This document shows positions 36,056-45,809 of a DNA stretch of 64,000 nt, piece by piece (position 1 is the stretch's first letter; every line of letters begins with the position of its first letter). The notes beneath the pieces were generated by a model that saw only the letters and a program-made list of their open reading frames with translations, did no database searches and was not told the DNA's origin. The translations under genes were made by a program, and so were the position numbers. Source of the stretch: Candidatus Sericytochromatia bacterium (GTDB taxonomy: Bacteria > Cyanobacteriota > Sericytochromatia > S15B-MN24 > UBA4093); NCBI GenBank assembly GCA_036676985.1, contig JAKFBU010000077.1, positions 1 to 64,000 of the forward strand, given 5' to 3'.

Positions 36056-37252
36056 GTGGAAGTAAGCCTCAGGGAACTGCTCGATCTGCTCGTCCGGTGG
36101 GTGCACGTCATCGCGGGCATCATGTGGATCGGCAACTCCATGCTCTTCAACTGGCTCGATCGCAACCTCGAGAAGCGGACGGACGCCCAGCCCGGCCATG
36201 AGGGCGAGATCTGGCTCTTGCACAGCGGCGGGTTCTACCAGGTCGAGAAGAAGCAGCTCGCCCCGAACGAGATGCCCGAGATCCTCCACTGGTTCAAGTG
36301 GCAGGCCGGTATCACGTGGCTGAGCGGCGCGTTCCTGCTGGCCATCGTCTACTACATGGGCGGCGGCGTCTTCCTGGTGGATCCGGCGGTCTCGAGCCTC
36401 ACGCCCGCCGCGGCCACGGCCGTTGGGATCGGCGCCCTGGTCGTCTCGTGGGTCGTCTACGACCTGATCTGGAAGTCGCCCCTCTCCAAGCAGCCCCGTG
36501 TCGCCCTGGGCCTGACCTTCATGTACGTCCTCGGCGTGGCCTACGTCTTGACGCACCTCTTGAGCGCGCGGGCGGCCTACCTGCACGTGGGGGCGGTGCT
36601 CGGCACCATGATGGCGGGCAACGTGTGGATGGTGATCCTGCCCTCGCAGCGGCAGCTGGTCGGCGCCACCGAGCGCGGGGAGAGGCCGGATCCGACGCTC
36701 GCCGCCAAGGCCAAGCAGCGCTCGATCCACAACAACTACATCACCTTTCCGCTGCTCTTCATCATGGTGAGCAACCACTTTCCGGGCCTCTACGGTCACC
36801 ACCTGAACTGGGTGCTCTTGGGCGTGGTGATGCTCGCGGGCGCGACGGTGCGTCACTTCATGAACATCCGCTTCACCTACAAGGGGTGGATCCCGGCGAT
36901 CTCGGCCACGGTGACGGTCGCGATCGCGGCCCTGGTGATGATCATGGCCTACCGTCCGGCGGCCCCCAAGCAGGCGTCGGCGGAGCCTGCGACCTTCGCG
37001 GCGGCGCATGCCATTGTCAATCAGCGCTGCGCAACCTGCCACTCGCAGTCGCCGACCGATCCCGCCTTTCCCTCGGCGCCTGCTGGCGTGACCTTCGACT
37101 CGCCCGAGAGCATCAAGGCCTTTGCGCCGCGGATCAAGGCCCGGGCGGTCTTGTCGGCGAGCATGCCGCTCGGCAACAAGACTGGCATGACGCCCGAGGA
37201 GCGGGCCCTGTTGGGGAGCTGGATCGACGGCGGGGCCGAGATCACGCAATAG
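36056..37252 (+). CDS. puuD: Urate hydroxylase PuuD (membrane domain plus C-terminal cytochrome c)
   Basis: RWVHVIAGIMWIG, HSGGFY, WFKWQAG.TWLSG, RSIHNNY and SNHF; C-terminal CATCH...MPLGNKTGMT. Confidence 0.88.
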   Translation: MEVSLRELLDLLVRWVHVIAGIMWIGNSMLFNWLDRNLEKRTDAQPGHEGEIWLLHSGGFYQVEKKQLAPNEMPEILHWFKWQAGITWLSGAFLLAIVYYMGGGVFLVDPAVSSLTPAAATAVGIGALVVSWVVYDLIWKSPLSKQPRVALGLTFMYVLGVAYVLTHLLSARAAYLHVGAVLGTMMAGNVWMVILPSQRQLVGATERGERPDPTLAAKAKQRSIHNNYITFPLLFIMVSNHFPGLYGHHLNWVLLGVVMLAGATVRHFMNIRFTYKGWIPAISATVTVAIAALVMIMAYRPAAPKQASAEPATFAAAHAIVNQRCATCHSQSPTDPAFPSAPAGVTFDSPESIKAFAPRIKARAVLSASMPLGNKTGMTPEERALLGSWIDGGAEITQ

Positions 37253-37255
37253 GCG

Positions 37256-37432
37256 CTAGTTGCCGGAGGCCCCGACCTTGATCTGGGCCTCGACGAGGCT
37301 GAGGGCGTTGCGCGCGGCCATGAGCTCCAGGAGCATGTCCTCGGCGGGGCAATTGGCCATCACCATTGCCTGGAGAACTTGTAGCTTCTCCTCGATGTGT
37401 TGCAGCGTGTTTAGGCAGAGAACTTGCTCCAC
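37256..37432 (-). CDS. 58-aa protein resembling the first two helices of CsoR/RcnR repressors
   Basis: Translated by hand (below the ORF-track cut-off): MEQVLCLNTLQHIEEKLQVLQAMVMANCPAEDMLLELMAARNALSLVEAQIKVGASGN; AAGGAAGG precedes the GTG. Confidence 0.6.
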   Translation of the reverse strand: MEQVLCLNTLQHIEEKLQVLQAMVMANCPAEDMLLELMAARNALSLVEAQIKVGASGN

Positions 37433-37544
37433 GGGGCCTTCCTTCTTGCGGGCATTTCGTCGCCACTATATACCGGCTACCGGTATACCGCCAGTGCCGG
37501 CAGACGGTCCGCCGCCCGAGAGGCCCGTGGAATGGGCGAATCCG

Positions 37545-38039
37545 CTAACGCAAGAGGCCGCCCTGCTTGAGCTGCCAGACCGTGGCCCTGACCTCCTGCT
37601 GGTAGGTCAGCTCGTCTGAAAGCTCCGTGAGCGGCTCGCTGGACAGCGCGGCCAGATCCCCGAGGATGTGCTGGAGACGCCCCCGCACCGCCTTGAGGTC
37701 GGCGTGCAGCCGCAGGTCGGCCAACAGGGACTTGAGCTGCAAGACCTTGGCGTCCAGGTCCGCGAGCTGTAGGCGAAGGTGCCCCAGGCGCTGGATCATG
37801 TCGCTTGCCTGGGCGTTGAGCTGGGCATGCAGGGGATCCGTTGGGCCGAGCTCGGCGAGCTGCCGATGCGTCCGCCCGAGGGCCATGGCCAGCTCCGCCA
37901 GGTGCAGGCGGAGCTGGCGCCCGGCGTCCTCGAGCCGTGACGTGGCAGTAATGAGCATGGCCTCGGGGCCGCTCGCACGACCCAAGAGCCGATTCCAGAA
38001 GGCTTGCAGACCGGCGGCCAGGATCTCGAATCCGGGCAT
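37545..38039 (-). CDS. Coiled-coil protein, distantly PspA/IM30-like
   Basis: Leu-rich heptads and a GPEAML motif; divergent from the NfeD-SPFH pair. Confidence 0.6.
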   Translation of the reverse strand: MPGFEILAAGLQAFWNRLLGRASGPEAMLITATSRLEDAGRQLRLHLAELAMALGRTHRQLAELGPTDPLHAQLNAQASDMIQRLGHLRLQLADLDAKVLQLKSLLADLRLHADLKAVRGRLQHILGDLAALSSEPLTELSDELTYQQEVRATVWQLKQGGLLR

Positions 38040-38183
38040 GGCTCCCCCTCCTAATCATCAGTTTGAACTTTTGTGAAGCATAGCATGCGACCGCCTTACG
38101 CTAAAGCGATCGCTGTTGCTGGAACAGGCGAACGGGGTATAGCTTTCCTGGTCGACGGGACGTCGCTCAGGAGGCTAACAGGG

Positions 38184-38615
38184 ATGACACCTTGGCAATA
38201 CTGGCTCATCGCAGGGTTCGTCTGCCTGGCCGTGGAGGTCTTCACGCCGGGCTTCTTCATGGCCTGCCTCGGCATCGGCTGCTTTGTCGGGGCGATCGTC
38301 GCCGTGGCGCATGGCGGGCTCACGCTCCAGGTGGTGGCGATGGTGGCGGGCTCCGCGCTCGCCGTGGCGCTCGTCAGGCCCCTCCTGTCGCGGGCCCTTG
38401 CCCCGCGGGAGGCGCTCGTGACCAACACCGACGCCCTCATCGGCAAGAGCGGTCGCGTGATCGAGAACATCGATCCGCATCAGGCCAAGGGCCGGGTGGT
38501 CGTGGAGGGCGAGGACTGGTGGGCCACCTCCCTCGACCAGTCGGGGATCGCCGTCGATGAGCGGGTGCGCGTGATCCAGGTGGACGGCTCTCGCCTGGTC
38601 GTCGAAAAGGACTAG
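38184..38615 (+). CDS. NfeD family (C-terminal type) protein
   Basis: WLIAG...EVFTPGFF, LIGKSGRV, GRVVVEGEDWWA and VDGSRLVV; AGGAGG RBS. Confidence 0.92.
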   Translation: MTPWQYWLIAGFVCLAVEVFTPGFFMACLGIGCFVGAIVAVAHGGLTLQVVAMVAGSALAVALVRPLLSRALAPREALVTNTDALIGKSGRVIENIDPHQAKGRVVVEGEDWWATSLDQSGIAVDERVRVIQVDGSRLVVEKD

Positions 38616-38682
38616 CCCCCACCGGACGATTCGCTACCGTTCCGTCCCCTCAGCGCACCGCGCGGTTTACGAAAGGACTGCC

Positions 38683-39732
38683 ATGGGCTTCTTCATCGTC
38701 TTGCTTTGCTTTCTCGTCTTCGCCATCGTCCTGATCGGCAAATCGGTCAAGATCGTCCAGCAGTCGGAGACCATGGTCATCGAGCGCCTGGGCGCCTATC
38801 ATCGGACGCTGACGGGCGGAATCAACGTCATCTGGCCCATCATCGACCGTCCCCGCGAGGTGGACTGGCGCTACGAGGTCGAGGAGAAGGGCCGTCCGCT
38901 CTACCTGACCCGTCGGGTGTCGCGCATCGACCTGCGCGAGACGGTCTACGACTTTCCGCGCCAGAACGTCATCACCAAGGACAACGTCAGCACGCAGATC
39001 AGCGCCCTCTTGTACTTCCAGATCACCGATCCCAAGAAGTCCGTTTACGAGATCGCGAACCTGCCGGACGCCATCGAGAAGCTGACACAGACGTCCCTGC
39101 GCAACGTCATCGGTGAGATGGACCTGGACGAGACCCTCACCTCGCGCGACACCATCAACAACAAGCTGCGCGCCATCCTGGATCAGGCGACCCACAAGTG
39201 GGGCGTGAAGGTCAACCGCGTGGAGTTGCAGGACATCACGCCGCCCCCCGAAATCAAGGGGGCGATGGAGAAGCAGATGCGCGCCGAGCGCGATCGCCGC
39301 GCGGCCATCCTCGAGGCCGAGGGCTCGAAGGCCTCGAAGATCCTGGAGTCCGAGGGTATCCGGGCAGCGGACGTCAATCGGGCTGAGGGTGAGAAGCAGG
39401 CGCGCGTGCTTGCGGCCGAGGCCGAGGCGGAGGCCCGGATCAAGGTGGCGCAGGCGGAGGCGCATGCGATCGCCTTGATCACGCAGGCGGTGGCGCAGAG
39501 CGGCGGGGATCCGTCGAACTACCTGATCGCCGTGCGCTACCTGGAGACGCTGAAGGAGATGGTCTCGGGCAAGGACAACAAGGTCGTGTACGTGCCGTTC
39601 GAGGCGTCGGGCGTGCTCGGGGCCCTGGGCGGGCTGCGCGAGATGCTGGATCCCAGGAAGGCCGAGGGCCTGGTGTCGTCGGTGCCGCCGGCGCAGCGGC
39701 CGGTACGGCCGTCGGAAGGGCCTACGGTTTAA
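38683..39732 (+). CDS. SPFH/band-7 protein (QmcA-like)
   Basis: VIERLG, QNVITKDNV, LRNVIG and AMEKQMRAER. Confidence 0.95.
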   Translation: MGFFIVLLCFLVFAIVLIGKSVKIVQQSETMVIERLGAYHRTLTGGINVIWPIIDRPREVDWRYEVEEKGRPLYLTRRVSRIDLRETVYDFPRQNVITKDNVSTQISALLYFQITDPKKSVYEIANLPDAIEKLTQTSLRNVIGEMDLDETLTSRDTINNKLRAILDQATHKWGVKVNRVELQDITPPPEIKGAMEKQMRAERDRRAAILEAEGSKASKILESEGIRAADVNRAEGEKQARVLAAEAEAEARIKVAQAEAHAIALITQAVAQSGGDPSNYLIAVRYLETLKEMVSGKDNKVVYVPFEASGVLGALGGLREMLDPRKAEGLVSSVPPAQRPVRPSEGPTV

Positions 39733-39995
39733 AGGAACCGTTCGACTTTCGACCTAGCTCAAGTCGAACGGGGTTTGTTGTGGGGGCGCGCTTAATGGCG
39801 TGCCCTCTTTGTCCTTAAGCACTTGAGGAGCTGTGCGTTCCTTCGACGGGCACAGGACGAACGGTTGGACGTGGGTGGATCGAGTAGCCTTCCCTTGGCT
39901 TGAGCAGTGACCCCTTGAGACCCTCAACAATCCCCGTTCGTCTTGAGCCTGGTCGAAAGCCTGTCCTGAGCCTGTCGAAGGGGCGAACGGTTCCT
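39733..39995. repeat. Approx. 260-bp imperfect palindromic REP cluster (CTTCGACAGGCTCAGG family)
   Basis: Terminal inverted repeat AGGAACCGTTCG / CGAACGGTTCCT; internal units TTCGACCTAGCTCAAG, CTTCGACGGGCACAGG, CTTGAGCCTGGTCGAA and CCTGAGCCTGTCGAAG. Confidence 0.75.
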
Positions 39996-40034
39996 CAAGT
40001 GCATGTTGGGCACGGGGGCAGGCAGGGCTGGCGC

Positions 40035-40901
40035 TTATTGAGGCAGGGGCGTGGTGGTCGGGGACCAGCAGTCCCGGTAATCCGCGATGAACTGCCGCAT
40101 CGTCAGGGGCGGACGGCTCAGGAGGCGCTCGGTGTCAGGCGTCAGGCCCCCCGCGAGCCCGAGCTTGCACGTGGCGTAGATGCCTGCCATCACGAGCACG
40201 AAGGGCATGGGCACGCCTTCGCGGCGCTTGGTGAGGACAAAGCGCAGGAGCGATGGGTTGGCGTAGGCGATGCGCCGGCCGAGACTCGCCGAGAAGAGCT
40301 CCGCGACCTCCTGGTAGGTCAAGGCCTCCGAGCCCGTCAGGGGATAGGCCTTGCCCTCATGGCCCGGCTCCGTGAGGGTCTTTGCGGCCACCGCCGCGAT
40401 GTCCCGGACGTCGATGAAGCTCGTGCGGCCCCGGCCCGCGGGCACGAAGATCTCGTCCCGGTCGCGGATCTCCGCGAGGTGGGTCGTGCTCAGGTTCTGC
40501 ATGAAGAAGCTGGGCCGCAGGAAGGTGTAGGGGATCCCCGAGGCCAGGATCAGGTCCTCGATCTTCCGGTGCGGCACCACCCGGTTCTTCTCGGCGCCGA
40601 GCAGCGAGTGGAAGACGATGTGCCTCACGCCGGCTTCCTTGGCCGCCCGGATGAACGGCCCGAAGATGCGCTCGGCGTCAGAGAGCTCGGGCGGTCGAAC
40701 GAGGAATACCTTGTCCACGCCTTCGAGTGCCAGCTCGAACGTCTCGGGACGCTCGAAGTCGAACTCCACCTCCGGATACGCCCGGCGGGCCACCGAGGGG
40801 CGCCTCACGCCGGCAAAGACGGGCTCGCCCTGCTCGACCAGGAGCCGGAGGATCTCTGCTCCCACGTTGCCCGTGGCGCCGGTGACAAGAATGGCTCCCA
40901 T
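40035..40901 (-). CDS. NmrA-like SDR oxidoreductase
   Basis: ILVTGATGNVG, LRPSFFMQN and FIDVRDIA. Confidence 0.92.
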   Translation of the reverse strand: MGAILVTGATGNVGAEILRLLVEQGEPVFAGVRRPSVARRAYPEVEFDFERPETFELALEGVDKVFLVRPPELSDAERIFGPFIRAAKEAGVRHIVFHSLLGAEKNRVVPHRKIEDLILASGIPYTFLRPSFFMQNLSTTHLAEIRDRDEIFVPAGRGRTSFIDVRDIAAVAAKTLTEPGHEGKAYPLTGSEALTYQEVAELFSASLGRRIAYANPSLLRFVLTKRREGVPMPFVLVMAGIYATCKLGLAGGLTPDTERLLSRPPLTMRQFIADYRDCWSPTTTPLPQ

Positions 40902-40905
40902 GGCG

Positions 40906-41367
40906 CTATCGGACCGAGCCGACGAACGTCGGATTCTCCGCCGCGGCCCGGGCGCTGCTGTCCTGCTTGGCCAGGACGGCGAGCACGCCCATCACCCCGA
41001 GGCCCGCGAGGCTCAGGGGAGCGAGCGGCGGTGGACCGTGCTCGCCCTCCTTCTCCTCGTGTGACCCGCCCGCATGTGCGGCTGCCTTTTCCTGGTGCTC
41101 CAGGGCCTCCTCCCGGTGCTCGACGGTGCCCATGACCCCGCCGAATGCCACGAAGAGCAGGCCTGCGATCGCAAGTCCCTTCCACTTGCCCCGGAGCACC
41201 ACGCCCAGGAGCGAGAACAGGATGCCGAGCGAGCTCGCGCTGATGCCGACGATCTGCTTCTCTTCGGTGTGTCCGGTCAAGACCAGCTCGCCGAGCGTCA
41301 TGGCGAACGCGCCGGCGAGCAGCAAGAGGACGAGTTGCGGGAACTGGGTTTGCAGGCGAGTGCGCAT
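40906..41367 (-). CDS. Four-TM hypothetical membrane protein
   Basis: Hydrophobic helices, a His/Glu-rich loop and PPPLAPLSLAGLG; GAGGAGG RBS. Confidence 0.75.
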   Translation of the reverse strand: MRTRLQTQFPQLVLLLLAGAFAMTLGELVLTGHTEEKQIVGISASSLGILFSLLGVVLRGKWKGLAIAGLLFVAFGGVMGTVEHREEALEHQEKAAAHAGGSHEEKEGEHGPPPLAPLSLAGLGVMGVLAVLAKQDSSARAAAENPTFVGSVR

Positions 41368-41460
41368 GGGGCCTCCTCGAGGGTCAAGGGTGGGATGGGC
41401 GATCCGGTCGGAGCCGATGGACAAGCGCGGCCTCGACGGATCGGCGGTGCGGTGGAACGA

Positions 41461-41910
41461 CTAGACGCTCGTCGGGATCGGGTGCTTCTCCTCGAAGCAG
41501 ATCACCTTGGCGAAGGTGTCGAGCTCCGTCCGCCCCGGGGCCACCCCTTCGCGCAGTTGGGTCAGGAAGGCGAGCAGCTCGGGCTCCTCAGGCGGCGTGA
41601 GCAGGAATCGGCGCTTGAAGGCCGCGACCTCTTCGGGCGAACGCGGGGCCTGGTGCTGGCGGACCCAGGAGGCGATCTCGTGCTCGTCCTTGCCGGCCTT
41701 GATCTCGGCGGCGAGGGCGTCGGTGTCGAGCTGGTAGAAGCCGATGAACGCGCGGTCCATGCCGCAGGGGTAGGCGGCGTACTCCCCGTTGGTGCCGGCG
41801 AAGTAGGCGCGGGCCTTGTCGATGAGACGCGGGAGCCAGACGTAGCCGGCCACTTCCACGAACGGGCTGCGGGGGACGTCCTTGGTCAGGTCCAGTGCAG
41901 TTTGAGGCAT
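41461..41910 (-). CDS. DUF5069-like protein
   Basis: DLTKDVPRSP, WLPRLIDKARA and GEY..YPCGMD. Confidence 0.8.
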   Translation of the reverse strand: MPQTALDLTKDVPRSPFVEVAGYVWLPRLIDKARAYFAGTNGEYAAYPCGMDRAFIGFYQLDTDALAAEIKAGKDEHEIASWVRQHQAPRSPEEVAAFKRRFLLTPPEEPELLAFLTQLREGVAPGRTELDTFAKVICFEEKHPIPTSV

Positions 41911-41992
41911 GGAGGTTCCTTTCGACGTTGCATGAGGCGCTTGCCCCGAGAGGGCTCGGTCGTTACTATAAGGTTCTGGTGAGAAAAGTAAA

Positions 41993-42014
41993 GTAGGTAC
42001 CCAAAAGTAACTAC
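41993..42014. promoter_or_regulatory. Putative HxlR-family operator
   Basis: GTAGGTAC-N6-GTAACTAC inverted repeat in the divergent intergenic region. Confidence 0.65.
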
Positions 42015-42035
42015 GAGACCGAGAGGAGCGACCGC

Positions 42036-42419
42036 ATGGGACAGCCGACAGAACCCGCCGCCGCGTGCCCGATGGGTGAGCTGATGCGCCTCTTGACGGG
42101 CCCCTGGACCATGTACATCCTCTGGATCCTGCGTCAGAACGGGCCGACCCGCTTCGGGGAGCTCAAGCGCCAGATCGCGGGCATCTCGAGCAAGGTCCTG
42201 ACCGAGCGCCTGCGAATGCTCGAGGCGGCGCGCCTCATCTACCGAGCCTACGAGCCCTCCGTGCCGCCCCAGGTCACCTATGGCCACACCGAGCGCATGG
42301 ATGATCTCGCGCCCGTCCTGGACCAATTCTTCGCGGTCGCCCTGCGCTGGTACGCCGAGGATCATGATGGCGCGCTGCCGGCGCCCCCGCCCCTCCTCGC
42401 GTCGGAACGGGCCGGCTAG
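42036..42419 (+). CDS. HxlR (MarR/DUF24) family regulator
   Basis: ACPM, GPWTMYIL, RFGELKR.I.GIS.KVLTERLRMLE and VPPQVTY. Confidence 0.92.
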   Translation: MGQPTEPAAACPMGELMRLLTGPWTMYILWILRQNGPTRFGELKRQIAGISSKVLTERLRMLEAARLIYRAYEPSVPPQVTYGHTERMDDLAPVLDQFFAVALRWYAEDHDGALPAPPPLLASERAG

Positions 42420-42421
42420 CC

Positions 42422-42694
42422 ATGGCCGAAGGTCCCGCCAAGCAGTCAAGACACCAGGCCGAGTACCTGGTCCGCGAGCTCTATCGGGCGCGCCATGGCG
42501 ACGTGCCCTACGAGCCCCACCGCGAGATGAAGGGCCACCGCCTGCACACGGCCATGAAGGCCTTCGCCGAGCTGCCCTTCAAGGACGCGGAGCGCGATCG
42601 CCACCTCAAGCTGTACATGAACGACTGGGACGACCCGACCTACGGCGGGCTGGTCCGGTACCTCGCCGTCCTCCTGGCGCGCCGCGGCACCTAG
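42422..42694 (+). CDS. Hypothetical protein
   Basis: 90-aa ORF 2 nt after the HxlR stop; typical codon usage. Confidence 0.65.
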   Translation: MAEGPAKQSRHQAEYLVRELYRARHGDVPYEPHREMKGHRLHTAMKAFAELPFKDAERDRHLKLYMNDWDDPTYGGLVRYLAVLLARRGT

Positions 42695-42736
42695 CGAGCC
42701 CGCGCCCATGCGCGCCTGTGGTACCATGACGTCCCG

Positions 42737-45163
42737 ATGACCAGCTCACTTCCCGTTCTCGCGCATGCCGACGCCATCCGCGCGGCCGTCCGCGACCATC
42801 GCCGCCTCATCCTCTCGGCCCCGCCCGGCACCGGCAAATCGACCCAGGTGCCGCAGATCCTCATGCCGGCGGACGGTACGGCCGTCGTCCTGCAGCCCCG
42901 CCGCATCGCGGCGCGCAGCCTCGCGACCCGGGTCGCCGCCGAGTGCGGCGAGCCCGTCGGTCAGACCGTCGGCTTCCAGGTTCGCTTCGAGCGGGCGAGA
43001 CAGGACAGCACGAAGCTGCTCTTCGCTACCTACGGCGTCTTCTGGCAGCAACTCTTGCAAGACCCGACCCTGCCCGGCGTCTCGCTCGTCATCCTCGACG
43101 AGTTCCACGAGCGTACCCTGGAGGCGGACGCGTGTCTCGCATGGCTGCGGCGCCTGCAGCTCGGAGCGCGTCCGGATCTGGCGCTGGTGGTCATGTCGGC
43201 GACCCTGGAGGGCGAAGCGCTGTCCGGCCTGCTCGAAGCGCCGCCCTTCCTCGAGATCGACGCCCGGCCCCATCCGGTGGGCATCGACTACCAGGCCCCG
43301 CAGCCGCAGGAGCCCGTGTGGCAGCAGGCGGCGCGGGCCTTCCGGCACCTGACGGCGACGGGCGACGAGGGCTCGGTCCTCGTGTTCATGCCGGGGGTGG
43401 GCGAGATCCGCCGGACGGCGGACGCCCTGGAGCCCGCCTGCCGTCAGCGCGGCTACACGATCCTCGAGCTGAGCGGAGCACAGAGCCCGGAGGCGCAGCA
43501 GCGGGCCCTCAGCCTGCCGTCCGAGGCGCCGTGCGTCATCGTCTCGACCAACGTAGCGGAGACCTCGCTCACCATCCCGGGCGTCACGGCCGTCATCGAC
43601 TCGGGGCTGTTGCGCCAGGCGGCCTACGACTCCGAGCGGGACCTCGACACCCTGCACCTGGGCCTCATCAGCCGACAGAGCGCCACCCAGCGCGCCGGCC
43701 GCGCGGGACGCCTGGGACCGGGGCGCTGCGTGCGACTCTGGGCCCGGAGCCTGGAGTCGAGCATGCCCGAGGCCTTCGCACCCGAGATCGAGCGGCTGGA
43801 CCTCGGTCGCCTGGCCCTGGCCTGCGCTGCCCTGCCCGAGCCGCCCGTGTGGCTCACGCCGCCGCCGGGCGATCGCTGGCAGCGGGCCCAGGATCGCTTG
43901 CTCGGCCTGGGGGCCGTGACCCCGGAGCAGCGCCTCACGCCGCTCGGCCGGAAGATCTTGCGCCTTCCGTTGCCGCCCGCGCTCGCACGGGTGCTCCTGG
44001 CCGCCCAGGAGGCGGGGCATGCCACTCTGTGCGCGGCCATGATCGCCCTCATGGAGGCCGCCGATCGCCGGAGTCTCGCGGACGACGGTGACCTGTACCG
44101 CCTGGGCCTGGACCTCGTGCGCCAGGGCCGGCGCTTCGACCGGGAGGTGGTCGAGACCTATCGCCAGCTGCTGCGCCTGGCGAAGCCCGATGCGGCGGAT
44201 GAAGCGCGGGCCGAGGCCGTGCATCCCCTCGACTCCCCGGACGAGCTCGCGCGCCGCCGGGCGGTGACGAGCTGCTGGCTCCAGGCCTTCGCGCATCGGC
44301 TCGCGTTCCGGCAGGACAAGGCCTACCAGCTCTCGGACGGGCGCAAGGGGCTGGTCTCTGCCGGGCAGCCCGGGGGATCCTTGCTTCTCGCCCTCGAACT
44401 CCACGAAGTGGGCGGGGCCAATCAGAACCGTCAGGTCAGCATTCCGATCTACTTGCCGTGCGAGCCCGACTGGGTGCCCGGCGAGGGGGAGCCCGTGACG
44501 GTGTGCACCTGGGAGGCGGCGAAGGGCCGCGTGGTCCAGGAGCGGCACTGGCGGCTCGGGGGATTGACCCTGCGGCGCGAGGTCCTGCCGCCCGCCGAGT
44601 GGGAATGGGATCAGGCCGAGGCCCTGATGGTCGAGAAGCTGCTCTCCGGGGAGGCCCGGCTCGACGCCTTCGATGAGAGCGTCGAGCAGCTGGTGCGCCG
44701 GATCGAGCTCGCCGCCAAGGCCTGGCCCGAGGCGGGCCTGCCGCGCCTGGACGACGAGGACTGGCGGCTCTTGTACCACGAGCTGTGTCGCGGCCGGACG
44801 GGGCTCGGGGACATCGCCCCGACGGATCTCGTGAACTTGTTGCACGAGTACGTGGGCTGGGAGGCCATGGGACGGCTCGATCGCGAGGCGCCGCGGACCT
44901 TCAAGCTGCCCTCGGGGCGCAATGCGCGGATCACCTACCTCGAGGGGGCGCCGCCCGAGCTCTCGGCCCGGCTCGGCGACATGATCGGCCTGACCGGCAC
45001 CATGCACCTCTACGAGGGGCGGGTCCAGGTGCTGTTCGACATCCTCGCGCCCAACTTCCGGACGGTGCAGAAGACCTTCGACATGACGAGCTTCTGGCAG
45101 AACACCTACCCCGAGGTGAAGAAGGAGCTCAAGCGGCGGTATCCCAAGCATCCTTGGCCCTAG
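42737..45163 (+). CDS. hrpB: ATP-dependent helicase HrpB
   Basis: APPGTGKST, QPRRIAAR, DEFHER, MSAT, TNVAETSLTI and QRAGRAGR; C-terminal SFW..TY.EV.KELK.RYPKHPWP. Confidence 0.95.
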   Translation: MTSSLPVLAHADAIRAAVRDHRRLILSAPPGTGKSTQVPQILMPADGTAVVLQPRRIAARSLATRVAAECGEPVGQTVGFQVRFERARQDSTKLLFATYGVFWQQLLQDPTLPGVSLVILDEFHERTLEADACLAWLRRLQLGARPDLALVVMSATLEGEALSGLLEAPPFLEIDARPHPVGIDYQAPQPQEPVWQQAARAFRHLTATGDEGSVLVFMPGVGEIRRTADALEPACRQRGYTILELSGAQSPEAQQRALSLPSEAPCVIVSTNVAETSLTIPGVTAVIDSGLLRQAAYDSERDLDTLHLGLISRQSATQRAGRAGRLGPGRCVRLWARSLESSMPEAFAPEIERLDLGRLALACAALPEPPVWLTPPPGDRWQRAQDRLLGLGAVTPEQRLTPLGRKILRLPLPPALARVLLAAQEAGHATLCAAMIALMEAADRRSLADDGDLYRLGLDLVRQGRRFDREVVETYRQLLRLAKPDAADEARAEAVHPLDSPDELARRRAVTSCWLQAFAHRLAFRQDKAYQLSDGRKGLVSAGQPGGSLLLALELHEVGGANQNRQVSIPIYLPCEPDWVPGEGEPVTVCTWEAAKGRVVQERHWRLGGLTLRREVLPPAEWEWDQAEALMVEKLLSGEARLDAFDESVEQLVRRIELAAKAWPEAGLPRLDDEDWRLLYHELCRGRTGLGDIAPTDLVNLLHEYVGWEAMGRLDREAPRTFKLPSGRNARITYLEGAPPELSARLGDMIGLTGTMHLYEGRVQVLFDILAPNFRTVQKTFDMTSFWQNTYPEVKKELKRRYPKHPWP

Positions 45164-45260
45164 GCCGAGGTCATCATGCCCCAAGTTGGCGCTCCCGGGA
45201 AGTTGTTGCGCTACACTGGAGGCCGTGCCGGACTCCCGAGACTAGAAGGTAGGCCTTTCG

Positions 45261-45809
45261 ATGGAATCAGCGCGTCAACTGGACCATGCGACCCTGGGCG
45301 GCGGGTGCTTCTGGTGCCTGGAGGCCGTCTTTCAGCACCTCCGCGGCGTCGAAAGCGTCGTCTCGGGCTACGCCGGCGGTCACGTGGCCGACCCGACCTA
45401 CGAAGAGGTCTGCCGCGGCACCACCGGCCACGCCGAGGTCGTCGACGTGACCTTCGATCCGTGCGTCCTCGACTACCGGGACCTGCTGCGGGTCTTTTTC
45501 ACCATTCACGATCCGACCACCCTTAACCGCCAGGGCGCGGACGTCGGCACCCAGTACCGCTCGGTCGTCTTCACGCGATCGCGCGAACAGGACATGGTCG
45601 CCCGCGAGGTCATCCAGGAGCTCGCCGACGCCAAGACCTTCGACCAGCCGATCGTGACCGAGGTGGCGGCCCTCAACACCTTCTATCCGGCCGAGGCCTA
45701 CCACCAGCACTACTTCGAGCGCAACCCCAGCCAGCCCTACTGCCAGGTCGTGGTCGCCCCCAAGGTCGCCAAGTTCCGCAAGGAGCACCTCGAGCGGCTC
45801 AAGCGCTAG
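45261..45809 (+). CDS. msrA: Peptide-methionine (S)-S-oxide reductase
   Basis: GGGCFWCLE, HDPT.LNRQGADVGTQYRS and AEAYHQHY. Confidence 0.97.
   Translation: MESARQLDHATLGGGCFWCLEAVFQHLRGVESVVSGYAGGHVADPTYEEVCRGTTGHAEVVDVTFDPCVLDYRDLLRVFFTIHDPTTLNRQGADVGTQYRSVVFTRSREQDMVAREVIQELADAKTFDQPIVTEVAALNTFYPAEAYHQHYFERNPSQPYCQVVVAPKVAKFRKEHLERLKR

Noticed and set aside
38071-38088. TTGTGAA as a Rex operator
   Set aside because: Only a half-site, with no TTCACAA partner. I saw no canonical Rex box near rex or the cytochrome genes either.
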